In this document: positions 63,576-64,000 of the stretch, piece by piece
Layout: every line of letters begins with the position of its first letter
Numbering within the stretch: the first letter of the stretch is position 1
NCBI GenBank assembly: GCA_902524285.1
Contig: CABZCR010000004.1
Span: 11,428 to 75,427 of the forward strand
Direction: 5' to 3'
DNA length: 64,000 nt
DNA from: an uncultured Pelagibacteraceae bacterium
Lineage (GTDB): Bacteria > Pseudomonadota > Alphaproteobacteria > Pelagibacterales > AG-422-B15
Program-made: the position numbers and the translations under genes
The notes under the pieces: model-generated
What the model saw: the letters and a program-made list of their open reading frames with translations, nothing else
Database searches by the model: none
What the model was told of the DNA's origin: nothing

Positions 63576-64000
<425 letters not shown>

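Overview
The window is visibly AT-rich (about 30% G+C by eye, not computed) and very gene-dense, with many 1-17 nt gene overlaps. The gene content, the streamlined layout and a circularly permuted two-piece tmRNA point to a free-living alphaproteobacterium of the SAR11/Pelagibacterales type; this placement is inference, since no database search was possible.

Layout:
- yqeY-dnaG-rpoD, then a tRNA with anticodon CAU.
- A ~16 kb block of miscellaneous metabolic and unknown genes (4.6-20.7 kb): a photolyase-like protein, a Cys-rich secreted protein, an FG-GAP/ASPIC protein, two ABM-fold proteins, TauD, three GST-like proteins, two methyltransferases, a hydrolase, an OYE flavoprotein, TPR, SRAP, a BT1-like transporter, an unknown 440-aa protein, DUF2805 and rhodanese.
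- mlaA-mlaC, an EamA transporter and an amidase.
- RNase P RNA.
- A complete dcw cell-wall/division cluster (24.4-42.0 kb), then lpxC, bamD and ligA.
- A minus-strand fumC-RHH-uvrD-aminopeptidase unit preceded by tmRNA.
- thyX, mrp/apbC, hflK-hflC-DUF2065-degP and miaA.
- ilvIH-ilvC, leuA and the 5' end of mreB.

I found no rRNA, CRISPR array, transposase, integrase, prophage, defence system or toxin-antitoxin module, and no convincing new multi-gene system.

The observations best supported by the sequence are regulatory or architectural:
1. ftsZ has moved from its canonical ftsA-lpxC position to directly behind mraZ.
2. Five CCCA/TGGG boxes sit at exact 10-bp phasing upstream of mraZ.
3. DnaG has lost three of its four zinc ligands.
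4. A Leu-codon-rich mini-ORF ends inside a GC-rich hairpin upstream of leuA.
5. The two pieces of the permuted tmRNA are separated by only 7 nt.

The best candidates for unknown biology among the coding genes are the GST-like / unknown 440-aa pair (16.4-18.6 kb) and the photolyase-like / Cys-rich secreted pair (4.6-6.8 kb). All protein calls rest on motifs recognised by eye in the supplied translations.
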